Assembly: GCA_028023455.1 (NCBI GenBank)
Contig: JAQFVV010000005.1
Span: forward strand, 19,344,001 to 19,408,000
Direction: 5' to 3'
Source of the DNA: Epiperipatus broadwayi
Taxonomy: Eukaryota > Animalia > Onychophora
DNA: 64,000 bases
A program made the position numbers and the translations under genes. Below are positions 1-14,200 of this stretch, one piece after another. Position 1 is the first letter of the stretch. Each line of letters opens with the position of its first letter. The notes under the pieces are model-generated. The model saw nothing but the letters and a program-made list of their open reading frames with translations. It did no database searches and had not been told where the DNA came from.

Positions 1-1007
1 CTGTAACAAATATGGATTTTCTTTTACCCAATTTCCCTTCCAGTGCCAGTAATAATGACGATACCATGGATTTATAATACGTCCATTAGCTGACTTATAT
101 GTATGAATGCAATCATGTACATTATAAAATATTTCTATCATCTTTTTCATCTTTATGCTGAATGTTTTTTAACACTAATGTTTTTTTATTTTATTGAAAA
201 ATAAAAATTTTCTGTCAGAAATTTTTTTTCTTTTTTAAATTATACAAACATCTCATCATTTTGCAATATCTTCTTACAAATACATATATTAATTAATTAA
301 TCAAATGAATTGTTTTTAAATCATGCTTAACGACCACAGCATACATTTTATACAAAAAAGCCTAAAATTACTAATTAGGCAAAATATATATATTAAAAAT
401 TCAACAAGATATACATTTAAAAGACAAAAGAAGTGGTTTAATTATATTTATGATTTCTATCTAGCAACAGATTGATTCCTTAGTTATATATTATTGCCAT
501 CTTACAGAAGACTAACATTTTTTGGTGAGTTGAACATTTGATTATCATTAGTGATTAAGTTTCTTAGCAGCACATTCTATTGTTATTGATAGTAATTTGT
601 AAGCAGGAATATTTAGTCTTTGGGGATTTTTTTCCATATTACTATCACCAATGAGAAATAGTAAATGTATTGGCAGCAGATTAATTTTTAGTGCGCACAA
701 AAGTAGTCTGAAAATTATTTATTACAAAATTTTTATTAAAATTATAAATTTAGCAAATGAATAAAAAATTATAGGTATATGTGTTTTTTTTTTATCTCAT
801 TCCTCTCATAATTTGACATATTATAACCATGTTAAGACATTTACAAAACATAAAGAAAATTATTTTACCTTGTTCTGTACTTAACCACCAACTCATCTCA
901 ATAATGTGACTTTTGTATTCGGCTAAGAAAAATTGTTTCAATGGCATTGGAATAGTATAATTTTTTGTTTTGTTATCTATTTAAAAAATAACTTCGTACA
1001 TTTAAAA

Positions 1008-1790
1008 TCATTGCATTCCACCTAACTCTTGTAAGAATGTTATAGATCTTCAGGGCAACAGCTTTGCTGACTCCAAAGAGTCCCTAGCAGTGAACATTGA
1101 TCAGCCAATATGAATCAGTTATCAGTGATATCAACATAATTTTTCAAAATATTTATAAAACAATAATAAAGTACAAGATATGATTACATAATGATCACAT
1201 CATTTCATATTAGGTATATTCCAGAATTCTCAATCTATAGCTTCTGTCCGGTAAATTATTACCTTTCCATTTAAGTCTTAAAATCTCATAATCATTCAGT
1301 TTACAACTTCAGTCAACCATCTGTTATCATCTCTTCTGACAAAACCTGCCAACTTTATTTCAATTTTTAATTCTCACAACAATGTCATTTTTATCTATTT
1401 ATTCTTTCACTTGTCTATTTCATTTCAAGTCTGCAGTCTTGTCATTACTTTTATATAGTCCAAGCTTCAGAAAAAGTAATGAAAGATCACATAAAACTAT
1501 TTTCAGGTTTTCAGTCACATTTTCTTTCATATTAAGTTATTGGAAGGATTAATTTTTCCCATCATCATTCCATTCAAACTCAATAATTTGAACAAGGTAT
1601 TTCTAAATGTTGACTTCTAATTCACTATTATACATTAATCATTTTAATATTTATCTACGTTTTACTCTCACGTGATGATTGCCACAACACTGCTTCAGCG
1701 TAAAGCCTTATTAAAAAAAAAAAACAACAATCGTATTAGCTGGAAAAATTTAGATTCCTTAAGGAAATCCCTTCTAACTATAAGTCAAAA
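1008..1790 (-). mobile_element. RTE-type LINE 3' fragment, copy 1
   Basis: Decayed C-terminal ORF (LAGFVRRDDNRWLTEVVNW-like) plus 3' end. Clearly homologous to 3540-4395 and 17320-18110 (shared cagctttgctgaytccaaagartyccctagca). Boundaries approximate. Confidence 0.7.
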
Positions 1791-1799
1791 ATGCTGCAT

Positions 1800-2720
1800 C
1801 CTGTATAGTTTATCCAGTAGCAGAGTATTGCAGTAGAGAGCTAAAGATCTGTTTGAATATCATGTAACCTTCCAAGCAACTAAGCACTTGTTATCTACTT
1901 TATAATAAAAAGATGCTATATGATGTTTGGTGATGGTGTAAGCCACTGATAATCACAGCTCTTAAGAGAATTTTGAAGAAATGGAAGAGAAAAAATCTGA
2001 CAAATGAGATGAAACTCATTTTCCAAACTCCAAGCAGAACATTGCTTGATTTTATAAATATACCAATACAACATTACTTGATTATGTAGTTTACAAAAGC
2101 AAAATTAGTTCTGGTCTACTGCCAACTGTGCATGACTGCATTAGTACCAGATTTGAATCTTTTAATTCTCACTTGCGCAGGCAAAAGTCGGAAACAAATT
2201 TAAGCATGTGAATTTAAATGCTACCATCTGGTAATTTCCTATTACTCCAGCTTATAATAAATGGAACTAGATTAGAGAGTGATATTCATTTAGCTTATAA
2301 ACTAAGCATATACATTTTTAAAAATAAAATCTAGTTTAGGGTTAATGATAACTTTTTCATATCAGCCAATTTTTAAAATGTATTTTTGACTTCGATACAT
2401 TTTAACCGAACTGAAGCCGAGAATGTTTCTATGTAGCTGAGGAATTTTTATATAAATTACAATGTTTCCTGTTAATAATCCCTAAAAAAAACTAATCTGG
2501 CCACCCAATACTAATCAGTGCATAGAAACATTATGAATGTTGGTAAGGGGTAAGTCATAATACTACCAAATCTTTTATATAAATTTGGATAGACTTCATC
2601 ATCTCAACTATGAATATACCATTAAGGAATCTTAATAATTAACCATTCAACAGGACATTCTGTAGTTATAGCAACTTAATCATATGTGAGAAATGTTTTT
2701 AATACCCGAGAATAGATTGG
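1800..2720 (+). mobile_element. Gypsy-like pol relic (RNase H/integrase region)
   Basis: Frameshifted traces of YPVA..SR, VIYF..K...FG and TD(H).ALK.IL motifs of LTR-retrotransposon RNase H; many stops. Confidence 0.45.
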
Positions 2721-3539
2721 GTTTTTTTGAATAACAGAGTTTATCCAAAGGAAGATTATTACATACATTGATTTTAAGTAGATCAGAAATATCATAGACA
2801 GAAACAAAATGTATTTTAATTCTTTCTAATTATTAAAAAGTATTAACTAATATTTCAAAATCTCAGGAGAAAATCAGATTAAATAATGTTTCTGGTATAT
2901 CATGTTTCTTATTTTACTCGGGGAGGAGAGTGGGGGAGGGGGGTATTAAAGCGCAACACTTAGAAATCTTTTTAAGAGTATAAAATTTTGTTTTTACTTC
3001 TAAACTATAATTATAATAAATCTCAAACCGTTGTTCTTTGACTTGAATGAATAAAAGGCTGACACAAAACCAGTTAGGTATTTATAGCTGTAAGCGAAAT
3101 GAATAGAAAAATTGTCGCCTATTATTATGTTTGTCTCATATCTTCATTTATCTTCTATTAAAAAAAAAATATTAAGTAAGAAAACCAGAAAATTAATAAT
3201 AATACATTTTTTTTTTAGTTCACAATGCAGATATATATGTACAATTATATGCGAATGTTATGCATCTGTTCAATAGTGTGTATACGCAACTTTGTGTTGA
3301 AATGTATGTATTTATGATATAGATTGCTACCATTCACAAATTTCGATGTATGTGCCACAAATTGGACCCAAATATCACGAATAGGAGGACTCATATTTTA
3401 AAAAAAGCATTGTAAAATATATATATACACACTGCATATGTTAGCCAAGCAGCTGTAAACTAGATTTGATTCTAAAAACTTTTAGCAGTAGATACTGTGA
3501 TGAAGCATGTTGTCTGTCTCCAAATCAGTTTGTTGCTTC

Positions 3540-4395
3540 CAAAGAGTCTTCTGCTATCTAACAACACACTGTGCATTATGAATAATAATCTACCATTGCA
3601 TTCTACCTAATTCTTATAGGAATGTTACAGATCTTCAGGACTACAGCTTTGCTGATTCCAAAGAATTCCTAGCATTGGACATTGATCAACCAATAAGAAT
3701 CAATTATTAGTGGTGTGACACAATAACAAAGTGACACTTATGTTTACATAATTTTCACACTTTCCACATTAGATAGGTCTCTGGAAATATTCCAATATTT
3801 CCAATCCATAGCTTCTCCAGCAAATTTTTATTTTTTCTTATAAGTCTTAGAATCTAGTTTATGACTTTAGTCTTCTATCTGTTGTCATTGCTTCTAAAAA
3901 GTAGTCTTGCCTGGCTGGCTCCATTGCAGCTCTTTAACTCTCACTACGATGTCAGTTTTATTCATTCTTTCACTCATGTTTTTCAATTTCATCTCTCACA
4001 TATGCAGTCCTTTATATTGTCAAAGCCTCAGATCTATAAGAAAGTAGTGGAAGAACATAGCTATTTAAAACTTTACTTTTCAGATATGTAGCCAGATTTT
4101 TTTTTTGTATCACGCTATTGGTATTGGAGCATTTGTTCTTCCATGATTAATTTCACCCATCATGTTTCCATCTGTGCTCGATAATTTGACTAGGGAATTT
4201 ATAAATGTTAATTTCTAATTCACTATTTATCTTTTTTTTTTAATTTTAAAAAAACTCCATTGTACATTAATCATTGTAATATTTGTCTTTAAATCTATTT
4301 TTTTCTCTTCACATGATAATTTTAATAACATTGTTTTCAACTTAAAAGCATTATTGAAAAAACAATTGTATTAGCTGGGAAAATCCAGATTCTTT
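3540..4395 (-). mobile_element. RTE-type LINE 3' fragment, copy 2
   Basis: Colinear, diverged copy of 1008-1790. The track ORF 3861-4091 is its antisense shadow. Confidence 0.7.
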
Positions 4396-4439
4396 AAGAA
4401 CATCACCTCACACACAATCTTTAAATGCTTTTCATAATG

Positions 4440-5838
4440 TCTAGTAAAAGCTGTTCAGTTTTACAAGTGTTATAGTGAGTGTCAATGTGTAGTCAATCAG
4501 TGCATTTTGACGGATATTCTGCCATATTGAAGTCCTTTTGGTTGCCAAGACAACGCCATTCATAAAGCAGTTGTACATTTTTATTACAGGTGGAAAGCAT
4601 TTTTGAGCATAAGAATCACCTTATCCATCCAAAATAAAAACTGAAGACCTCTACCATTATCAACTATAAAGTCTCTTCTCCTTTTTTAAAAACATTTTTA
4701 TGTATTTGCAGATAGCTATTCTGCTAATTGTACATTTGTAATCTATCACACACAAAAAAAATGTTCTGCTTTGCAAGATGAGGCAAAACAACTGACAGCA
4801 CAGCTCAAGTACTCAAACCTGTCCTGCATCTGGACTTTTGCCTGTATACAATTCCATATGATATACATATCCATTTTGAATATCTGCACAAACTCACTGT
4901 TTGAACTCTCACTTTATTGATTTGAGAAATCATATTACATTGTATTATAATCTGAAAATTTAGTAATTGCTTTATCAACTGCTACTTCTTTATGCAGCTT
5001 TGAAATTTATATTACAATGACTTATAATTGACCTAAATTTATATATTCTGTCATGCTCTTTACTTTTAATTTTTGGAATTTTTTTGTTATCATTGAAGTG
5101 TAGGTTGATAATATACAAAAACGTCGATTGCAGCTATCATTTTTGCAAGCGGTTTTGTTGACCAAATTAATCTAGTCACACGCGAGATAAATGAATCACT
5201 TATCATTATGCCAAAAAAAATGCAGACAATTCTTGGTCTGACAGATCTATCAATCCAGAACTTTGTTTCTTTCTAAAATTATTTGGTTATATAATTTTTT
5301 ATTAAAAAAAAAAAAAGTCTACTCACAGTTGCTAGAAAATTTTAGCCCTAAAGACTTGATGAAATTTCTGATGTTCTCATATGGTTGGCTAATATTATTC
5401 AAAAGCTGTTCAGAATCTGTTTGCAAAGATGGTCCTGGAACAGGAGATGCTGCAGCACTTACACATATTGGTGCTTCTTCATTGGCCTTTTTCATTTAGA
5501 AATAACAGCATCTTCTGGATACTACTCATTAGATGAGCTGTCAGAAAGCGAGGCCTCTGAAAATTGCAATCAGAATCTATTTGAATGGGAAAAAGAGTTT
5601 GCAGTGATAAGTTTCCATGATATTTAAAAATATATATATAAATATCTTTTTAGAAAAAAATCATTAAAAATCCATTTTTTTATCAGTGAATAAAAAATAC
5701 ATGTCTTTCATCAAGAGATGAATTAAGTAGAAGAAAGACATAATATATGTGCTCACTTTGTATCAATTATGTGCTAACTTGATTGATTAAAATTTTGAAA
5801 AATTTGTGGAATATCCTGTGGTTGCAAACGAGATTTAA
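4440..5838 (-). mobile_element. Decayed piggyBac transposase element
   Basis: Manual translation gives NLHFNDNKKIPKIKSKEHDRIYKFRSII (~5030-5106), VAVDKAITKF (first catalytic Asp region), VCADIQNGYV, MELYTGK and FLFWM..NAFHL, all typical piggyBac motifs. Possible terminus ...GTTGCAAACGAGAT|TTAA at 5835-5838. Confidence 0.8.
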
Positions 5839-6819
5839 GCTCTTTTATCCATCTGCTCACTTTCTCGATTGTTTTGTAGATTTTTCTAAGAATTTTATTA
5901 TCTCTTTGATAATGTGATATATCTATTTTAATTAAACTTCATAAATAAATATAAAAGACTTTTTCTATTAATTAATCCAAAATCCTAAAAAGATTTTCTT
6001 CATTTAATCCATATAATTATAAGATTAGCCTTTAATTAAACCATTTTAAACAACTTATTTTTTCTTTTATTGAGATATTTTTTAAAAAAATTTAAAAATA
6101 TTTTTCTGCATTTAGAACAAACTTTAATTATAGTAATTAAATGAACTTATTAATCTAAAAACTCTTATCCAAAGAAAAGAAAAAAATGCTTTGTTTTTCC
6201 TTCTTTTAAATGTTTAGTGAATAAAAAATGAAATACATTTTTTTTTTCATTTAAATGTTGAGTGAACATAAATTAAATGTCTTTCATTATACCTTGGGAT
6301 TAATGCTTCTTTTTGTCATATTGATTCTAAATTTGCGAGAATCAGTTTAAATTTAGCAAACTTTATACTTTAAAAATGGGAGTTCAAATTAATTTTAAAA
6401 AATATTCTGAATATAATATAAATAAAAGATTTAGAATTAAATAAAACTAAATGTCGGAAATTGTTTTTGTTCCTAAATTTTTATCCCCAAAAATCTTCGA
6501 AATCGTATTGGTAATAATTTATTTAAAATTAAATTGAGTTCAAAAACTAATTTTTAAATATAAATTTCATCTTCATAATAATTTTTTAGATAACTTGAAT
6601 TCAAAAACTAATTGTTTTAAATATAAAGTTTTCTAATCATTAAAAAACAAAAGTGTTAGAATCAATATGGTGGAAAGCAGTTCTAATCCCAAAGAACCTT
6701 TTTCATCTGTTTATTTCTTTTAAAATCGGTGTCCATACAAATATTTTTATGCACACGCAGTGACATGCACATAAATGTATATCAAATCTACTTTCTTAAT
6801 ATTCTAAATTACTAAATCA

Positions 6820-7500
6820 TTCTATGTTTGTTTTTTGTCTTATTATAACCACATAAATGATGCCATTTCTGCCTATTCCATGTGTGTTAGCTATAAAACC
6901 CTGTTTCATTATTCCATTTCTTTTAAAGAACAAAAAAACAAAATGTACAATACAGTTCATCAAGCTTTCTAACATTAAACTTATACTTGTGCTTATAATT
7001 CTATAAATGTTAATTTTCATTTTGAGCTCTTTGTAGCTCTACATTTTTTAAATTGTTTCTGATAAAGAGTTTGATCTCTGTTATGATTCTGTGAAATAAG
7101 AATTACTTCTATTACTCCTATCTTCTGATGAATTCTCTTACTCCATTCAGATGATTTTGGTTTATGATTGCTTATTAAGTTATCCCTTAACCTAATGTAA
7201 TTATTTTGCCATTTCCTTGCTATGTTGAAAATCTTGAATTACTGTGCCTTCTTCCACAGATTTTTGCATTACATTGCATATGCCATAATTATTCAGTAGA
7301 TCAGCTATGCCTTTTATAGACCTATTAGATGCAATAATTAACTGCTGGATGTGACGAGGAAAATTATTTTAGGCAATTCTAACCATTTGTCCTTCAGATA
7401 TGATTTGCAGTTAAAGTTTTTACAATTGTTATTTAACTTTTTTAAAAAGGAGATATCCTTTTGTCCAAACCATGATATAAATTTTTTCTGATATATCTGA
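6820..7500 (-). mobile_element. Possible LTR-retrotransposon gag relic
   Basis: Broken frame ISEGQMVRIA.NNFPRHIQQLII... followed by a disrupted YCTFC..KRNG knuckle-like stretch. Confidence 0.3.
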
Positions 7501-8439
7501 TACCAAGGTTAGTTTTATACTATGTTGTATCTAACTACATGATTCCATTTATATACTATCTAAAAAAAAATATAAATAAAAACTCATTAAAATTTATAAA
7601 TTTTATGAAAATAAAAAACAAACATTAAAATTAATAAATTTTACGATATTCAAGTAGCCATTTTTTAAAAACTTCATTGCTATATGCTATCACATTAAAA
7701 AGGGGAAATTTTGTTAATAAATTTTACAATATGCCAGTAGCTGTTTTTCCATCTTGGAACACTACACAATTATATATATATAATTATAGGGAGTATGAAG
7801 CTTGCCTGTATTTCAATTATATATATATATAGTTTTTTCGGTTTAGTGATCCTTTCTGAATTTGATGTGCTGTATTTTGCATAATAAAATATGTTTTGTG
7901 CATAATGCTAAAAGTTTTACAAATTTTAGAACATACTAAAAGTTAATACTAACTTAAAATAAGCAAACCAATCAGAAAGATTCTAATTTATTGATAACAA
8001 AACCACTTATATTTCTATAAGATAAAAATTATATTGGAAAAAAAAAGAATATTGCTTAGAGTGTATAAAAACCAGATATTTTGCTATTTACTTTATTTAA
8101 AAAATAAAAATACAGTAGGTTTTTCTCTTGTTTTTATTGCTTCAGTAAATGCATGAGTGAAAATCCACTCAGTAAAATAGATGTAAATGTGTCCCCTCAA
8201 TATATTATTAATGACTTATTGATTTTTAAATTTTTATTTATATTATAGTCTTAATTTATGTATGTATGTATACTACACTTATAAAAAACATGTGTTATAT
8301 ATATGTGCATCTTGAAAAGTATTAAATAATTGCAGCTCAATAAGTAATACACATTCTTTTTTAATCATTATTAGCAAACAAACTTGATTATTATATGCTA
8401 TATATTAACAGGGCTTAGAACAAAATATAACATAGTTTA

Positions 8440-10560
8440 TGGTTCCACTGTATACCTGGAAAGTTTGTGGAAGTAATGGCAAAGATTCACACCATTCCTT
8501 TTCATTTAAAAACTGTAATGAGAAAAATTTCTTCAGTTTAGATATCCTATTGGCCTCTCATTCTCATTTTTTTTAACTTGGCAATATACATAGCCCCTAT
8601 ATTCTTCCTTTCATAATTTTAACTATCTTATTATTATAATCATATATACTCTCTCCATAGACATCTTTGCTTTTTTCCATTTACTCTGATGCCCATTTTT
8701 TACTTGCACAATATTGAATTTGCTTCCATCTTGGGTTGTCTGTATGTCACCTGTAGTTCTTCTCAATAGCTCACTACATCGTCTTTTCAGCCAAATTTTT
8801 GATCAATGTTTATTATGTGTGCCTCTATTGCCAACAATGTTTGTATTATATTTACATTCCTATTCTTTAATTCACTGATTATCTTTTCTATTTCTTGCTC
8901 ATAAATAGTCTATCTTACACTAATCTCTCATTGTTGTCTCTTCCCTTCCTCAATATACATGATGATCACTTTTATATATTTTTCATCTCTTATACATCCT
9001 TTGATTCTCTTATACTTTTTTCATATTTCTGTTGCCTTACCTGTCTTTCTTCTTCATCTGTTTGTATATATCCTGTTATATTTTCTTTTTTAGAATATAA
9101 TTAATTATGTAATTTATTTTTACCTGTTGCAATTCTGCTTTGACTCGTTGGTCTCTAATTACTGCTGCCCTTGTTGCATTTTATCTTTTAATTGCTGTAT
9201 TTAATTAAGCATCATGAGTAAAATTTCTTTCTAGCCCTTGGTATAGTATCCTTTGGTTTGAGTATCACAAGCTCCACCTCATAGGCAGTTATTGAATACG
9301 ATTTTTATCTATGAATGTTAGTTTGCTCACTTTTTAATATACTTGTTCTTTAGTTGTCACTGGAAATTCTATCTTTTCACCATTGGCTATTGACCATTCT
9401 TCATATTCTATAATTATAATGACACTATTTCTTTATACTCTGTGTACCTTTTCTTTCATTAGTAATGATTTTCTATTCTTCCAGAATCAAAACTAGTTAA
9501 TCTCAATGCTATAATCTTTGATTTTCTGGATAAACATCTTTTTCCATGTTTCTTTTTCATAATAGGAATGCATTTTTCACTTTGGGTGAAATGTATTCGT
9601 TCCTAGTTCAATGGATACTCTATCTTAGATTTTTTGAACTGCTCTTTAATTTGACTATACTTTCTAACTTGTGGTTAATTCCTTTTATTTACATGTGATC
9701 TCAAAATTCAGCTCTTTTGAGTGTCTGATAAATAAAATCCATTTCTCTAGGATTGTTTTTTTATATTTAGCCCTACATTGGGCATCATTTCAATAAATAA
9801 TTGCAATGATCAAGATTGAGTTTGATGAATTAATGAATACCACCTAAGATAAATCATCATAAATGGAATACATGCATGGATTTTAAAAGTGATTCACTAT
9901 CTTAACATCATCTATCTCATTTCCCAGAGAATGAAATACATGTGAACACACAATATAGTTGACATATTTTTATTTTAGTTTGGTATTGGTTTCTTAGTTT
10001 TCATGTGGTTGATTTCCCTTCCATCTTGGGTTTGCTTATAAAATAAATTACAAATAAACAGATTAAATGAGAAAATACAATTCATTAATGTACTAGTAGT
10101 AAATAGGTATATATAATTCCAACAACTATATTCTATAAAATACAATTTTCAGTTGAATATGGTTTACTTTTTTTAAATATCATTGTCTTCAATGTTGCCT
10201 TCATTATCTCTAATAGACCTTTTGTTTTCAATTATACTCTTACAATCTTAAATATTTCATGGTAGTGTGTGCATTTAATCATTTAGCCACCTTGTGCTTA
10301 TCCACATTAACACAGTCTTATTAAGTATTTTATGCTAATTCTTTATCAAGTATAAAAACTTTTGTAATCTTTATCACCAACAATATTTTCATATGTTTTT
10401 GATGGCAAGTATTTTCCTAAAATGATTCTAGTTTTCCACTAATTCCTCTAATACTTTTTATATTAAAACCTTCATTGACTCAACATAATTATATTGTTTA
10501 CATTATTTAACTTGGAATTTTTTCTGTAAACTAAGACGCTTTACACAAATAAACATTTTC
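8440..10560 (-). mobile_element. Decayed non-LTR retrotransposon RT region
   Basis: Degenerate YADD-like region (~9850-9870) followed by VGLNI.K..; C-terminal W.GH-type remnants near 8700-8750. Confidence 0.55.
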
Positions 10561-11294
10561 TTAATCATTGAATAGCAAATCTAATTTCTCAATATTATAT
10601 AAATCTCAACAAAATAAATGTTGATTATTGATCTCTATCCTGAAATGATTATACACTTAAACACACATTCTGCTTGTTTTTATGTTTTAATATAAAATAA
10701 AAATCAATCATTAAACATTGTCTATGTTTTAGGGCACAGAGATTAACTTTTACTAGAATGATTCAAAATAACTGTCAGAATAATAAAGCAATAAAAAACT
10801 ACCAACTTTACATTTGTTCCACCCAGGAATATATATTCACTTACCTGTATGTTTACATAACCTTTAAATTTATATTATAATAAATTTCCTTTTTTTAAAA
10901 AAACAACAAAAAAACACCCTAAATTATTTCTTGGATAACTTTTTAAGATATAAAATATTTTAAACTGATGATATTTTTTCATTTAGAATGAAAAAAAAAA
11001 GCTTTTCTTTTTTTCATTATAGTTAAGTTTATTCAAACATTTCTCTTTTTTAAATATATATATAAAAGAAACTGTTACATAAAATATAAACTATATACCT
11101 AGATACAACTGCTTTAAAATAGGCAAAGCTCTCTATACCGTAGTGCCATTCAGTGCAAGCCAGAGTAATCAATGAATGCTAGAAACTAGTCTGGGGATAT
11201 TGGATGAAGAACAAAAACCTTTTGAAAATAACACGATTGCGAAAAAATAATTTAAACCGAAATAGTTTTTTTAAAAAAAGTTTTACAAACAATC

Positions 11295-14200
11295 GTGTGA
11301 ATAGGTGGAGCTGCTTCCAGAAAGAAAATCACTTGCTTCACAGCTCTCCTGAAAAGACTTTAAAAAATCAGTTTTCCTGCTATCAGAGGTATTCCTTATA
11401 TGCATTTGTCCCTTTAAAGAACATTATTTGCTGTTTGTGTGCCTTTTCATTCACAACTTTCATTTTTTACTGTATCTACCATCTGATCATCTACAATAGA
11501 CAACCATTTTCTCCCCCATGTTTAATGGGTAGTTTCACTGTTCTATCTATCATAGAAGGTTTTATTCGCTCCTAGACTCTTGAATTCATTTCCTCTTCAG
11601 TTCTCCTTATCACTCAAAACATTTTTTTACCAATTTTTTTGTCCTGTTCCAATTATTTAGGTCATTAAAAACGATCTTCTCTTCTCACCCCCCTCTGGGG
11701 TAGTAAACTGCCTAAAATTCTAGCCAATTTCTGTATTAGCCAACTAAAATTAACACTACCAATTTCTCTAGTGTGGATTCTTTTTTTAAATCACATTCTT
11801 TAGCCACTTAAAAAATTTTTCCTTTATATAATCTTTAACTCTTCCAAACAGTTTAAAGATGGCCACCGTCCCTAGCGGCAAAAATGTGCAAAAGCATAAT
11901 TCAAAACAACAAAAACCTTCAAAACTTCCAAAAATGTTAACTAAATTAAACTCCAAAAAAACCATCAGCACAGAACCTATTTCAAGATCTCTATCTCCAG
12001 ACCCTCTGGATTTTCCTCCCCTACAGGGTGGGGCTTGCCCCATCAAAGGCAAGAAGCAATCCCAAAAAAGCAAGAAGCAATCCCAAAAAAGTTATCTCAC
12101 CAATCATAATGTTGCTCCAAGCAAAACTGGAAAGATTAAAAATTCCTCAACTATAGAGGGGAAAAATCAGCCTGCTACACCTAAGCTTAATACAGAAACC
12201 TCAGCTAACTCTGTTTCCTCTAAAAATCTAACACACAATAATTACTCCAAAGATGATGCTACTCATAATTCCCCATCTCAATCTATGAGCACAACCAAGT
12301 CTGCCAACATCACTCCCACTAATATGTCACACTATAGAGCAATCCCGTATTAAAAATCCATCACCACAAGTCTTTGTTCATTCCTGTGCTCAGGCTGCAT
12401 CCATCATCACACCAAAAAATCCCAATATAACCACATCACAAACATGCCAAGCTGAGCTCCTTCAAAACTTGTGGGGCCTTGATGAGGACAATCCGAACAA
12501 CCATAATTCAGCCACCTCAGCAACCTTCATTCCTACTAAACAACTCACACCAGAGAATCACACGGTGATCTCAGCACAATTTAACCTGACAATTCCACAA
12601 CTTCTCAAATCACTTTGTGCTACCAGAGTAACAGTTCTGTCATTCTGGCGGTTACAGACTTACAATGTGGACTCCATAAATTTCCAACACAGCAGCTCTA
12701 TGACCTTATCAAACTCCACAATCGAACTGATGATATACATAAAATCCTCACCCTTCCTAATGACTGATACATGGCAATAGAATTCCACAACACAATACAA
12801 AGACAAGCCTTCAAAAACAGATTCAAATTTTTACACAATATGTTCCTGGTTGCAATAGACACCAATAGACCATCCATACTTAAGGGATTTATCAAAAACT
12901 GTCACATAGGGATGGACAGGCAGCACCTACAGAAATATCTCGAGGCATTCGGACAAGTTACATCATTTGAGTACCTCAGGGATCCTCTCACCAATGGTCG
13001 CACCTTCACCAACACAGCCTTATTTCAATTCATCCTTAAAAAAGGTCTCTCTCCTGAAAGCATTCCCACATCAATAGCAGCTGAACTAGCACCTTTGATC
13101 ATCTCAATTAAGGGGATGAGGCCACAATGTTTCACCTGCAAAGACCGCAACCACCTTTCTCAGGACTGCCCCCAAAAATGCAACTTGTGCCAAAAAAGGG
13201 CCTAAACCACATCTGTGCTTTGCACAGCTCCAATAGATATGAACTTCCTCCTTTAACTAACCTCTCACCTCCACCTCATATCAATTCAACCTTTCAGCAT
13301 TTGTCCACCCTCTTACCTTCCAGTAAGACACCAGCTTCCTCTAGGCCACAAAATTTTGATTTCACCCACAGCCCACCACTCTCAGTTACAGCTCCGCCAC
13401 AGGACCCTCCTTCCTTGATGGACATGTCCACTTATTCAAACTCAGAAACCGTCTTGTCTGAGTCTACCAATGCTGTCCCACCACTAACAAGAAACACCAG
13501 AAGCGTGCATGCCCTAACCCATCTGATAGTGACACCAACTCTGACAGGCAGAATTCCATCCTTGATCATCCCAGTAAAACGCTAATGGATCCTCTTCCTG
13601 AACCAAGGGCAAGTCTCAGACATACAGAACGCACAAGGAAAAAAATAATTCTTTCAGCGAAGAATTCTCTGGCTTCAACCCAGGCCTCATCAGCCTCCTC
13701 CCTTCACACTCTCTCACCTTCCTCTGCTGAATTTTTCTCGGACAGTGGTTCATCAAGTGACATCAAGAATGAATCATTGTGCAATTCTGGCAGGAGAAGA
13801 AAGAACTGTACTCCTCACTCTCCCAGCCCAAATCATCCCTGCTCACCATAAAAATTTCCGAATTCCTACTGTTTTTCTCCTTTCCTTAACCTTTTCAAGA
13901 AACTTTGAATCAGTTTTAAGCCAAAATAACTCAATTCACCAATCATTTTAATGTATGCAAATGGTCACCATTAATCAAGCAAAAGCTAATATAAGTAACC
14001 ACTAAAATCATTAAAACTAGATTAATATCGAGAAAACGTAATCTAATAATTCAAAAGAGGAAATAATAACAAAAAACCCTAATTTCATAACACAAACATA
14101 TAATCAAAACTTTATAATGGAGGAGTCCGGGAGCATCTCACTGCCTACTGGCTCCATAAGGATGGGAGGATTCACATATCAAAATGGGAGTTGGTAAGAA

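Noticed and set aside
2918-2944. G-rich tract as a G-quadruplex
   Set aside because: Only three runs of three or more G; similar G/C homopolymers occur throughout the window.
5263-5627. Plus-strand ORFs 5263-5499 and 5385-5627
   Set aside because: Antisense to the piggyBac relic; not recognisable proteins.
13190-13205. Programmed -1 frameshift joining ORFs 12771-13205 and 13127-13585 at CAAAAAAGGG
   Set aside because: Not an X_XXY_YYZ heptamer in the zero frame. One missing A in the run restores the frame, and the ORF has other breaks, so decay or a homopolymer error is simpler.
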